From a candidate division WOR-3 bacterium (GTDB lineage Bacteria > Hydrothermota > Hydrothermia > B15-G9 > WFZT01): 64,000 nt of DNA. The stretch's first letter is position 1, and each line of letters begins with the position of its first letter. A program made the position numbers and the translations under genes. The DNA is taken from assembly GCA_027053075.1 (NCBI GenBank), contig JALUEE010000047.1, forward strand, positions 32,001 to 96,000. The letters run 5' to 3'. The notes below the pieces were generated by a model that worked only from the letters and a program-made list of their open reading frames with translations, did not search any database and was not told the DNA's origin. Below, piece after piece: positions 18,183-27,878 of this stretch.

Positions 18183-19198
18183 GGCGTACCTCCTTTGGTT
18201 AGCCAGTTTTGAACTTCCTGCCAGAGTTCGTCGCGAGTATCCTTTTCCACGCTGCCATGAGTTTTGTGGAAAGCGCGCCACTTTTTGATTTCCGCTGTGC
18301 CCCAGCCCACAGTGCGCTTGGCGGAGATCCCATAGGGAGTAAGCAAAGTTTCAATAGCTTCAAGCAGTTTTGGGAGTACATCCACAGGTTTTGCCTCTGG
18401 CTCCATACCGGGCCAGGGCGCGTAAAGTAATGAAAGTGTTCCTTCGGCTCCCTCAACTTCCTCTCTTTCTTGGGTTCCATCAGACTTTTTCTTCACCTGT
18501 ATCGTCCGTCCAGGAACCACTTCATAGTAAATAGGTTGGGTGCCAGCGCGATTGGTACGACTATGTGGGTTGATGACCTCGAAGCCGATCTTGTTGAACC
18601 ACGTGGGGTAGAAGACCAGAGCGCCCTGGTGGAAGTTTTTCTCTTCCTTCTTCTCGTTACCAAAGAGATGCTGAATCCAGTCCGGATCCCACCAGCCATC
18701 TATTTTGCCATTGTGTTGTTCCAGATATTCCATCAGTCCTTCGTGCATTCTACAGGCCCATCGCAGCATGCCTTTACAAGAGGAAGCCGCCATAAATGGC
18801 ACGCCAAAGACCCGGTCTTTACGCACAGGGTTGTCCATCACATGGAAAATTCGGTCATCACGGGAATACCAGGGAGTGAGTAGTTCAAAATCCACCTGAA
18901 GAGCAAGCCAACGATCAGATAATAGCGTGGAAAAGTCAATTTGTAGTCCTGGATACAACTTGACCGGGAATCTCCGAGGCACTTTTCCCATGTATTCCTT
19001 ACGGAGCCTCGTTTTCTCCCGCTCCGCCTGACGTTTTCCCTGTCTGTCATTTGTCTTTTCCGCTTCTAATCGCTTGATTTCAGTCTTCAAGAAGCATTTG
19101 AAAATATGATCGATAAAACCTCCGGCCAGCCTCCAAGCCACCGGAGTGTTTTCCAATGGTTCGCAAGTCTCAAGAAAGATGAAGTAATCCCAAGTCAT
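18179..19198 (-). CDS. cmr6: Cmr6 RAMP
   Basis: PFMAASSCKGMLR, GALVFYPT, EVINPH, PIYYEVVP, GISAKRTVGWG. Confidence 0.88.
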   Translation of the reverse strand: MTWDYFIFLETCEPLENTPVAWRLAGGFIDHIFKCFLKTEIKRLEAEKTNDRQGKRQAEREKTRLRKEYMGKVPRRFPVKLYPGLQIDFSTLLSDRWLALQVDFELLTPWYSRDDRIFHVMDNPVRKDRVFGVPFMAASSCKGMLRWACRMHEGLMEYLEQHNGKIDGWWDPDWIQHLFGNEKKEEKNFHQGALVFYPTWFNKIGFEVINPHSRTNRAGTQPIYYEVVPGRTIQVKKKSDGTQEREEVEGAEGTLSLLYAPWPGMEPEAKPVDVLPKLLEAIETLLTPYGISAKRTVGWGTAEIKKWRAFHKTHGSVEKDTRDELWQEVQNWLTKGGTP

Positions 19199-20421
19199 GA
19201 ATTTTCCTCCTGTTTGAACAATCGTTCCATAATTTGCTCTCCTGTAATGAAATCCTCATTCGGATTAAAGTCCTGCCAAATTTGCCCCAAGCGGCGCTTC
19301 ATTTCTTCAAAATCCACTAAACCCGGCTTCACAAAGCCAAAGGTGCGGCGTGCTTCTTCTGGATGTTCGAAACTGAACACTTTTTTGCTTACCTGTTGAC
19401 TACCCGCAAGCCAGTGATTAACCTCGTTATCTCGCCAGAAGTTCTGCGCTTGGTTCTTCCGCATATTCCTTCCAATGACAAGATTATATGTACTTTTGGT
19501 GAACGATTGCCTTGCCAGATACCGTCCTTTCACGAACCAGAAGTTTTGCAACGAGGCCCAGGCAAAATCTTGGTCGTTAAAGCTCTTTCGCCACCGTTCC
19601 TGTTTTACATATGCTTCTGCTTGCTGCAGAGTGCAGCCAACTCCTTGAGGCCGCTCCTCAACCGTGATGAGCCCGAAATCCTGATGGTGTCTCTTTCCGG
19701 CCCAAGCATTGATCTCCCGAGTTTCATTGTCCCTTCGCACTTTGATTTTGAGAGGTTCACCATGCGGTTTTCCACTAAGGAGGTTTTCAAGGTCAAGAAG
19801 ACGAGTCACCAATGTGCTATCAACTTCCAGGATTACATCGCCTTCTTGTAACTGGAGCCCCCGCCGACTGTGTCGCACTTTTATCTGCCCGCTTGAATCG
19901 TCCAGATCATCGGCGCCAAGATCAGCGATTCCCCATTCATCTGACGGCTTGAACACCGTTTTCCCACCCAAGGCCCCGTATTCGGCAATAAGGTGGATGG
20001 TTGCATCCAGCAGACACCATTCTTCTGGATGAATAGGTCGCAAAGGGATGAAGCGTAGGATAAAAATATTACTCCCGTTGTCGTCATTATCTACCTTGAT
20101 CTGATTTTGGATGACCTTTTTTCCATATTTGTCCACCACCATAAGCCGGAACTTGCGTGCCCAACCAGTGCAACCGAAAAGTTCACAAACCACGCAATGG
20201 TGGCCAGGTTCATGTGGCTGTTTGTTAGGAGCTGGGCAACGAATTTCCGACGCCGTCGGGTCACAAGCCTTCCCACCCAATCCTCGAACTAACACCTCGA
20301 ACCACCAGCGAAGTGAACCCATTATACCGGTCAAGATCGTTCTTTCCCCACGCCTTGAAGCATCCCCTGTGAATATCGGGGTTAGCGCTTTTAACTTCCA
20401 TTCCTCCCATTCTTTACTCAT
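19195..20421 (-). CDS. cmr1: Cmr1 RAMP with PDZ-like insertion
   Basis: LTPIFTGD, GSLRWWFE, CVVCELFGCTG; G-loop GALGGK...DFGLI interrupted by about 80 aa PDZ-like segment. Confidence 0.88.
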   Translation of the reverse strand: MSKEWEEWKLKALTPIFTGDASRRGERTILTGIMGSLRWWFEVLVRGLGGKACDPTASEIRCPAPNKQPHEPGHHCVVCELFGCTGWARKFRLMVVDKYGKKVIQNQIKVDNDDNGSNIFILRFIPLRPIHPEEWCLLDATIHLIAEYGALGGKTVFKPSDEWGIADLGADDLDDSSGQIKVRHSRRGLQLQEGDVILEVDSTLVTRLLDLENLLSGKPHGEPLKIKVRRDNETREINAWAGKRHHQDFGLITVEERPQGVGCTLQQAEAYVKQERWRKSFNDQDFAWASLQNFWFVKGRYLARQSFTKSTYNLVIGRNMRKNQAQNFWRDNEVNHWLAGSQQVSKKVFSFEHPEEARRTFGFVKPGLVDFEEMKRRLGQIWQDFNPNEDFITGEQIMERLFKQEENS

Positions 20422-20543
20422 TAGGATATCTCCATTTTTAAAATAACCTGTAAGGACAAGAGAATAACGGTTTCATCAGGAAATAAGCATTTCGGGTATA
20501 GGGAATCATGGCTGTAGAAATTCAAGAGATAAAAAGTCTCTGT

Positions 20544-20660
20544 GAACCAGAATCTCATTGCGCCTCTTATCGAGGCGGGGCGGAGTTCGGGCTCACCCTC
20601 TGGGTCAGCTCCGCCCATAAACATTGGGGTTAAGACTTTTAGTTTGAAGGTGGTTTTCAT
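20544..20660 (-). pseudogene. cmr1: 5' remnant (39 codons) of a type III-B cmr1
   Basis: MKTTFKLKVLTPMFMGGADP...ELRPASIRGAMRFWF with good RBS, then abruptly non-RAMP sequence. Confidence 0.85.
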
Positions 20661-20697
20661 AGTCCCTCCTTACCCATTCGCAAAGAATGGGATTTTG

Positions 20698-21456
20698 TTA
20701 ATCCTTATTTCTCACCACTTCGATCATGCCGAAGCCCTGGCTGTTTTTGGCTCCCAGGCCCGCATTGTAAGCAAGCATAAACCAGGGCTCGGGCAGGCTT
20801 AATTCATATATTCCTACCCAACCCTTAACAATGACGCCTTTAAACTTCGTTATTATCTCGTTGTGCTTCTTAACCTTTACGGGCTTTATATACCCCTCAA
20901 TTGGTGGGATGTCGTTTTTGGAGAAGTAAGCTTTGGCCTTGCGACGGAGGTTATCAAAGATCAATTCTTCAAATTCTTTCTCGAAGGGACTAAAGTAATA
21001 GGTCTTTCTCTGTCCATCGGACGTGTATAAAGTTCGATAAACTGTTATCGGAGAGATTGCTTTAATTTTCATAGGTCCCGAGAGTTTGAAAGGTCTCTCA
21101 ACCTCAATTGATACGAGATTGCATTTAGCTGAGCCGATTCTTACCACCCCTTCCTTAACCAGTGTAGCTGCGAAAGATTCGAGAATCTCAATATCAACAG
21201 ATGAAATCTTAAACCAAACTCGCCCCTCAAAAATCAGCTTTTTGCTTATCGGATCATACCTTCTATTTTCACCGAAGAGTCTTGAGAAGGTGTATAACTT
21301 GAATCTTCTCTTTCCAAATTGGTAGCCTTCATCATGTACCCATTCAGCGAGCTTCTCTTTGATGTTGTTGAGGATAAAACTCTGGATGATGTGGTTGTAA
21401 TTGACGGAGATTCTAAGGATTCCGTTCTCTGGCTCAAATTTTACAATTAATCTCAA
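20698..21456 (-). CDS. cas6: CRISPR-associated endoribonuclease Cas6
   Basis: HDEGY...FKLYTFS, SPITVY, C-terminal GLGAKNSQGFG. Confidence 0.95.
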   Translation of the reverse strand: MRLIVKFEPENGILRISVNYNHIIQSFILNNIKEKLAEWVHDEGYQFGKRRFKLYTFSRLFGENRRYDPISKKLIFEGRVWFKISSVDIEILESFAATLVKEGVVRIGSAKCNLVSIEVERPFKLSGPMKIKAISPITVYRTLYTSDGQRKTYYFSPFEKEFEELIFDNLRRKAKAYFSKNDIPPIEGYIKPVKVKKHNEIITKFKGVIVKGWVGIYELSLPEPWFMLAYNAGLGAKNSQGFGMIEVVRNKD

Positions 21457-21798
21457 AACATCCTCCTACTTGAAACCTATTTTAATAGTTCGTTAACCGT
21501 ACTTGCAAGTAGCAGGATGACATCGTTGTGAAAAGTTATAAATTGCTGGTTTTGTAGAGATTCTCCATGCGCACGAAGTGGGGGAAAATTTATCAATATA
21601 TTTCAAAGCTTAGCGCTTTATAGTGATCGATAATTCCTATTATTCAAACAAGTTTGATAACGAGTGGACTTTTATGCAAGAAGGCGAATATAATTTCAGT
21701 TTGAAATTGTGTTGGGTAAAGGATGCTTTGAATGTAAACTTACCCTTCATAAGCGTGTATAGGAAAAAATCCCGCGCTGCGGGATAGGAGGTTGTCAG

Positions 21799-23451
21799 AT
21801 GAAAAAATTGTTGCCGGTAATATTATTGGTGAGTACACTATGGAGTTACAAATATGCAGTGGTAATAAAGGGGTCAACTTACAGCAACGATCCTGGGTGG
21901 AGGGCAGTTGCGGACACGCTCATAAATAGACATAACGGCAGGCTTTTTACATGGACATCAAGGGTAACCGATGTGCAGGATTCGTTGAGTGCCTACATGC
22001 CTGATTACATTGCCTTTATTGCCAGACCGGTTATTGAACTGAACGCAAATTTTGTCAGAACCGTATCCACAATGACAAGGGAATTGGACGATGACCCCTA
22101 CGGAGATGCTATCTGGGGAATTGTAACAGGATTTTATGCGGATGATGCCATTCGTGCAGTGACAGTTGATAGTTTAAGAGTAAAAAGCCTTCTCGGTGGG
22201 TTTATCGGCTATACCGGACTTGTCCATCAATCCATTACCACCTCAGTCTCCCAGCATCACAGAATTGTATTTACTTTTCCTGATAGGGCCGTAATTGATA
22301 CTGTTGCAAGTGACCTGTGTCCCACGGACAGAACATATATGCTTGCAGGATATTTGAATAACGGATTCAACGATTCATTACCGGGTCATCCACGCATTGA
22401 GGGACCTGTGGATATGTTTGTAACTTCAGGGCATGCCAATGTAGATGTCTGGCAATTGCATTATCCTGATCCGGACGATGAAGGATACTTCCGGTCAAGA
22501 TTCCCTGGCCAGCTTTATGGTGCTCCCCACAGTGGAGCAGATACTTTAATAAATTCTACCAATCCCAAAGTCTATTATGCCCCGGGGAATTGTTTGATAG
22601 CAAATCCAAGTATGTATGACAACATGGTTTATGCCTGGTTCCACACGGGCGGGGCAATCCAGATGATAGGCTACATAGTGGTAACATGGTATGGATACAT
22701 GGGATGGGGAGTTGGATCATATTTCTTTCAATCTCAGGGAGACTATACCCTTCAGGAATCATTTTTCGCCAACAATCAGTCCCTTGTTTATGATTTACTC
22801 CACGGTACTCCGGGCACTGATTCATCGGGTCTGGCTTATGATAAGGACGCAGTGGTAATATATGGCGATCCTGCGCAACCTGTGAGACTTTATCCGGTAA
22901 GATCACCCCTCTACTCTCAGAGTTTAACTGTCCGTCACGGTTCAACAAGAGATACTTTCGAATACAGAATTACGGTTAATTACGACAGCACCGCTTTAAG
23001 CAGACATCCTATTGGATTCCTGCCCTACAGGATTGACAGCGTCCAAATATTAGAAACTAACGCTGTTGATGCCGTTGTAACAGATAACTTTGTGATGCTG
23101 CACTGCTGGCATTCGGGAATGCAAAGACTGAGTGCGGGTGATCAGAGGTACGTAATATTTACCGGTAAACGAATACCCACACAGGTACAGGAGACACCGG
23201 AACCTGTTCAAATTGATTTCCCTTCAATGGTTACGGGTGAATACTTAACCATTAGATTCGGAAACGTTAGTCAGGGACCCTGGCAACTCAGTGTGTACGG
23301 GTTAGATGGACGTAAAATCCTTAGTCAAAGGTTATTACCCAATAGTGGCACTCGCTTCACTTTGCCATGGAACCTGCCCGCTGGAGTTTACTTTGTGAGG
23401 ATTTACTCAAACACTACAGGAGTGATGAAAAGGGTAATAGTTGTTAGGTAA
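21799..23451 (+). CDS. Secreted protein with peptidase C25 (gingipain)-like His/Cys motifs and C-terminal sorting domain
   Basis: Signal peptide; TSGHA and PGNCLI motifs, IYGDPA; tail VYGLDGR...LPAGVYFVRI. Confidence 0.55.
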   Translation: MKKLLPVILLVSTLWSYKYAVVIKGSTYSNDPGWRAVADTLINRHNGRLFTWTSRVTDVQDSLSAYMPDYIAFIARPVIELNANFVRTVSTMTRELDDDPYGDAIWGIVTGFYADDAIRAVTVDSLRVKSLLGGFIGYTGLVHQSITTSVSQHHRIVFTFPDRAVIDTVASDLCPTDRTYMLAGYLNNGFNDSLPGHPRIEGPVDMFVTSGHANVDVWQLHYPDPDDEGYFRSRFPGQLYGAPHSGADTLINSTNPKVYYAPGNCLIANPSMYDNMVYAWFHTGGAIQMIGYIVVTWYGYMGWGVGSYFFQSQGDYTLQESFFANNQSLVYDLLHGTPGTDSSGLAYDKDAVVIYGDPAQPVRLYPVRSPLYSQSLTVRHGSTRDTFEYRITVNYDSTALSRHPIGFLPYRIDSVQILETNAVDAVVTDNFVMLHCWHSGMQRLSAGDQRYVIFTGKRIPTQVQETPEPVQIDFPSMVTGEYLTIRFGNVSQGPWQLSVYGLDGRKILSQRLLPNSGTRFTLPWNLPAGVYFVRIYSNTTGVMKRVIVVR

Positions 23452-23466
23452 CAGGTTATGAAGATG

Positions 23467-24104
23467 GGACCTGTTCGAAAATTTCTTATTGGGCATTAAA
23501 TCTTATTGATATCTTTCACCATTCTCCCCTAACCCCTCCTTCCTCAAGGGAGGAGGGGAATTTGGACTTGCAATGAGCTAAACGTGATAGATGCAGGGTC
23601 AAAAGGGGATCGTCTTGCGAAAGGATTTTCTAACCAACAAAGATATCCACAGAATCTTCCTCTCACCACGTAAATACTTGCGGGGATAGGATTGAGGTGA
23701 GGGGCAACAACTTAATTTTTCAAGATTTCAAGTGGAATGCCCCCTCCCTGAATCCCTCCCCCGCGCATCGCGCGGGGGAGGGGTGCCTTTATGTGTATGC
23801 TACACAAGATTCGCTCGTGAGGGAATGACACTTGCCACATAGACGGAGTTTCAGCTTCCCTGAGTAAATTTTCTTGTGTAGAGAGAAATCAGGGGAGAAT
23901 GGGAAAAATTAACTATCTTTAGGTCGTCTAATAGAGCGATATTCCTAAACATGCATAAAATACCAATAAATTTATCCATTCCACCCCACCCCTCCCTTCC
24001 AAAGGAAGGGAGGGAGTTTTGCTACTTGTCGTGCCTGGAGAAAGTTGTTTAACATCACTTCCATACGCTACATAATAGCAAGGGGGACATTTTTGAACAG
24101 GCTC
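23467..24104. repeat. Composite hairpin-rich MITE/REP-like cluster
   Basis: Ends CCTGTTCGAAAA / TTTTGAACAGGCTC; modules such as CCATTCTCCCCTnnCCCCTCCTTCCTnnnGnAGGAGGGG recur at about 26490 and 44763. Confidence 0.7.
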
Positions 24105-24241
24105 ATCCTGTATGGCAAACTCTTAGGGATAGCTTCCGATTCTTTTCTACTTCGAAATTTCAAACCCTGCTTGACATTCTTCCCTCTCTTATTCCATCAA
24201 CAGGGAAAAGAAACTTTCATAAATTCAAGTTTCTGACCCTA

Positions 24242-26272
24242 TCAGCTTACTTTTGTGCCGGGTGGAACTTCTTTGTCTGGATGCAGAAGTACTACGTTGC
24301 CGTCCTTGTCCACAGCGGCAAGTATCATTCCCTGTGAAAGTATGCCCCTTATTTTCCTTGGCTCTAAATTGGCAAGAACCGGGAGCTCCTTACCCACAAC
24401 ATCCTCAGGACTGTAAAACTTAGCAATTCCGGCCACGAGGGTTATGACTTTATCCCCGAGGTCAACCTTGAGCTTCAAAAGCCTGTCCGCTCCCTCTACC
24501 TTTTCCGCTTCAAGGATTTTCCCGATTCTAATATCCAACTTTGCAAACTCATCATACGAAATCTTTTTCTCTTCCACCTCTTTCTCCTCCTTCTGTGGCT
24601 CAGGCTTTTTGAGCCTTGACTTCAATTTGTTTACCTCGGCTTCTATCTTTTCATCAGAGATTTTCCTGTACAGAATCTCTATCTCACCAAGCTCAAGTCC
24701 CGCTGGCAAATCCAGCTTCCCAGCATCCTCCCACGTAAGCCTGTCTTTAATATTCAGCATCTGCCTTATCTTTTGAGCCCCAAATGGGATAAATGGCTCC
24801 GCAAGAACGGACAGGGTTTTCACCAGCGAAGCGCACAGGTAAAGGGTTCTTGCCGTCTCCTCAGCATCGGTTTTCCTTGTTACCCAGGGTTTCTTGTAGT
24901 CAAAATATCTGTTGGCAAGGTTGGAGAGGTCGAGAACCTCACGCAAGGCCTTCCTCATTTCAAATTTTTCAAGGAGTGCCCCCACTTTCCCGGGTGCCTC
25001 TTCGATAGCTTTAATGACCTCAAGGTCCATATCTTTGAAATTCTTTGCCTCAGGAATTCTGCCACCGAGGTAATTCTTGATAAAGCTCAGGGTTCTATTC
25101 ACAAAATTGCCGAAATTATCCGCGAGCTCCGAATTCACCCTCTGCTGAAATTCATAAAAATTAAAATCCGAATCCTTGTATTCAGGAAGTGAAAATGCCA
25201 GTCCGAATCTCACATAATCGGGGCCAAACGCATCCACAAACTCGGGAATCCAGATTGCCCAGCCCCGGGAGGTTGAAATCTTGTCTCCCATCAAGTTCAT
25301 GAACTCGTTGGCCGGGACGTTATCCGGGAGCACAAAGTCACCGTGTGCCATAAGCATGGCAGGCCACACGATGGCATGGAAGACAATGTTATCCTTCCCT
25401 ATGAAATGGATGAGCCTGGTTTTGGGGTCAAGCCAGTAATCCTTCCATTTGTTGGGCTGACCAATCTTTTCGGCCCATTCCTTTGTGGAAGAAATGTAGC
25501 CGATGGGGGCATCAAACCACACGTAGAGCACCTTCCCTTTGGCTTCAGGCAGGGGAACCGGCACACCCCACTCAAGGTCACGGGTAATGGCACGGTCTTT
25601 GAGTCCCTCCTTAATCCAGCCGAGGGCTGTGTTTTTAACGTTTTCCTTCCAGTCTTTTGACTCGAGCCATTTTCTTAAAGGCTCAGCAAATGCGGAGAGT
25701 TTGAAATAGTAGTGATAGGTCTTTTTAATTACAGGAGTGGTTCCACAGATGGCACATTTGGGATCAATGAGCTCCGTGGGCTCAAGCCATCTGCCGCATT
25801 TCTCACATTGATCACCCCGAGCATGGGGGTAACCGCAATACGGACAGGTTCCAACAACATACCTATCCGGCAGGAATCTTTTACATTTTGGGCAGTAAAA
25901 TTGCTCGATGTCCTTTTTGTAAATGTAACCCTTCTCATAGATTCTCAGGAAAAAGTCCTGTGAGGTTTTATAATGCACGGGTTTTGTGGTTCTTGAAAAA
26001 TTATCAAAAGAAATGCCTAATTTATCGAAGCTGTTTTTGATGTCTTTGTAGTAGTAGTCAACCAATTCTTTTGGAGTTATGCCCTGCTTTTCGGCCGCGA
26101 TAGTAATTGCAACTCCGTGCTCGTCTGTGCCGCAGATATAGACAACGTCGTCGCCTTTGAGTCTCTTATATCTAACATAGATGTCAGCGGGGAGATAGGC
26201 CCCGGCAATATGACCAATGTGAAGGGGACCATTGGCATAGGGTAAAGCGCTTGTAACGAGTAATTTTTCCAT
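24242..26272 (-). CDS. metG: Methionine--tRNA ligase with C-terminal tRNA-binding domain
   Basis: ALPYANGPLHIGH, zinc knuckles, YVWFDAPIGY, GKDNIVFH, KISTS. Confidence 0.98.
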   Translation of the reverse strand: MEKLLVTSALPYANGPLHIGHIAGAYLPADIYVRYKRLKGDDVVYICGTDEHGVAITIAAEKQGITPKELVDYYYKDIKNSFDKLGISFDNFSRTTKPVHYKTSQDFFLRIYEKGYIYKKDIEQFYCPKCKRFLPDRYVVGTCPYCGYPHARGDQCEKCGRWLEPTELIDPKCAICGTTPVIKKTYHYYFKLSAFAEPLRKWLESKDWKENVKNTALGWIKEGLKDRAITRDLEWGVPVPLPEAKGKVLYVWFDAPIGYISSTKEWAEKIGQPNKWKDYWLDPKTRLIHFIGKDNIVFHAIVWPAMLMAHGDFVLPDNVPANEFMNLMGDKISTSRGWAIWIPEFVDAFGPDYVRFGLAFSLPEYKDSDFNFYEFQQRVNSELADNFGNFVNRTLSFIKNYLGGRIPEAKNFKDMDLEVIKAIEEAPGKVGALLEKFEMRKALREVLDLSNLANRYFDYKKPWVTRKTDAEETARTLYLCASLVKTLSVLAEPFIPFGAQKIRQMLNIKDRLTWEDAGKLDLPAGLELGEIEILYRKISDEKIEAEVNKLKSRLKKPEPQKEEKEVEEKKISYDEFAKLDIRIGKILEAEKVEGADRLLKLKVDLGDKVITLVAGIAKFYSPEDVVGKELPVLANLEPRKIRGILSQGMILAAVDKDGNVVLLHPDKEVPPGTKVS

Positions 26273-26329
26273 TTGACCACTCCTTTGGGGGTTAATTATA
26301 GCTTTTAAGCGAGGTTATTTCAATTGAGT

Positions 26330-26620
26330 GGGACCCACTCGAAAATGTTATCCCACCTTTTTGTTACGCACGTAGTGCACTGGGACCTTTTCAAGAAATC
26401 CAGAGATATTTCACCATCCCTTCCTTGGGAAAGGGATGGCCGGGGTGGAATGGGTGGCCAACAAAATTTCAGAATTATCCATTTGTCCCCATTCTCCCCT
26501 GACCCCTCCTTCCTGAGGAAGGAGGGGAAATTCCGGGATTGATTTATGGAACGTATGCTTGTTGATAAAACGGTAGGATAATCTCGCGGTCTTGTATGGG
26601 AAGGAAATTTTTTGAGGGGG
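26330..26620. repeat. Dispersed intergenic repeat module
   Basis: Shares two hairpin modules with 23467-24104 and 44655-44815. Confidence 0.6.
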
Positions 26621-26635
26621 TTTATTTTAGAGGGG

Positions 26636-26662
26636 GGGGCGCGCCGCGAAGCGGCGCGCCCC
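26636..26662 (-). terminator. Hairpin downstream of argG
   Basis: GGGGCGCGCCGC-GAA-GCGGCGCGCCCC. Confidence 0.55.
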
Positions 26663-26699
26663 ACTCAAAAAATCTATCCTTGAAAGGAGGCAGTGCGGG

Positions 26700-27878
26700 C
26701 TAATTCTCGTAAAGCACCAGTTCAAGACCAAAAATCTTTATAAATCCCTCTGATGCCTTATGGTCAAATTTATCTCCTTCACTGTAGGTCGCAAGCTCCT
26801 TCCTGTAAATCGCTTTGGGTGATTTGCGACCCACAATCTGCATGCTTCCTTTATAAAACTTCAACCTCACGGTGCCTGTTACATGCTCCTGAGTCTTCTC
26901 CATAAAGGCATCAAGCGCCTCCTTCATGGGCGAGAACCATTTCCCGAAATAAACAAGCCGGGCATAATAGTTTGATAGATTCTGCTTCAGGAAAATCAAA
27001 TCCTTTGGCAATGTTAGAAATTCCAGAGCTTTGTGAGCCTCGATGAGACTCAGGGCTCCCGGGGCTTCGTAAACCTCTCTTGACTTAATTCCCACAAGTC
27101 TGCTTTCAATATGATCAATTCTACCATATCCATTCTCACCACCCACTTTGTTCAGGTATTCGATAATCTCCAGGAATGACTTTTTCTCACTGTTTATCCC
27201 AACAGGCACACCTTTTTCAAATTCTACTTCAACATAAGTGGGCTCATCTGGGGCCTTTTCAGGGGCGACAGTCATCAGGAATGCGTCCTCCGGGGGTTCG
27301 ACGTACGGGTCTTCAAGGACTCCCGCTTCAATGGACCTACCCCAGATATTGAAGTCTATGGAATACGGGCTCTTTTTAGTCACTGGAATAGGGACACCCT
27401 TCTCTTTTGCATAGTCAATGAGCTCATCACGTGAAAATTGCCACTCTCTTATGGGAGCTATGACCTTTAGGTGTGGAGCGAGGATATTGAAGGAAACATC
27501 AAACCTCACCTGATCATTTCCCTTTCCTGTGCATCCATGCGCAACTGCCACAGCATTTTCCTTTTCTGCAACTTCGACAAGAGTTTTTGCAATCAGTGGA
27601 CGGGAAAGTGAGCTTATAAGGGGATAAACCCCTTCATAAAGGGCATTTGCCTTGAGCGCTGGTAGAACATACTCGTTGACAAATTCTTCCTTTTTATCAA
27701 AGACATAAACTTTTTTAGCACCGATCTTGTAGGCTTTCTCTTTTATCTCCTCAAGGTCTTCACCCTGCCCAACGTCTATTGTGACGGCAATCACACCGTA
27801 CCCGTACTTGTCCTGAATCCATTTGATGGCTGTTGAGGTATCGAGACCTCCTGAGTATGCAAGCACTACATCACCCAT
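26700..27878 (-). CDS. argG: Argininosuccinate synthase
   Basis: LAYSGGLDTS, HGCTGKGNDQVRF, GIKSREVYEAP. Confidence 0.98.
   Translation of the reverse strand: MGDVVLAYSGGLDTSTAIKWIQDKYGYGVIAVTIDVGQGEDLEEIKEKAYKIGAKKVYVFDKKEEFVNEYVLPALKANALYEGVYPLISSLSRPLIAKTLVEVAEKENAVAVAHGCTGKGNDQVRFDVSFNILAPHLKVIAPIREWQFSRDELIDYAKEKGVPIPVTKKSPYSIDFNIWGRSIEAGVLEDPYVEPPEDAFLMTVAPEKAPDEPTYVEVEFEKGVPVGINSEKKSFLEIIEYLNKVGGENGYGRIDHIESRLVGIKSREVYEAPGALSLIEAHKALEFLTLPKDLIFLKQNLSNYYARLVYFGKWFSPMKEALDAFMEKTQEHVTGTVRLKFYKGSMQIVGRKSPKAIYRKELATYSEGDKFDHKASEGFIKIFGLELVLYEN

Noticed and set aside
18183..18281. N-terminal extension of Cas10
   Set aside because: Overlaps cmr6; ATG 18182 has an RBS and ATGA coupling
21799..23451. 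Craspase-like CRISPR-associated protease
   Set aside because: Has a signal peptide and export tail, is divergently transcribed, and has no TPR-CHAT or SAVED features
26320..26664. Small ORFs in repeat-rich intergenic regions (also 8318, 44503-44971, 49673, 51392, 51926)
   Set aside because: They translate MITE/hairpin modules and lack RBS or protein motifs
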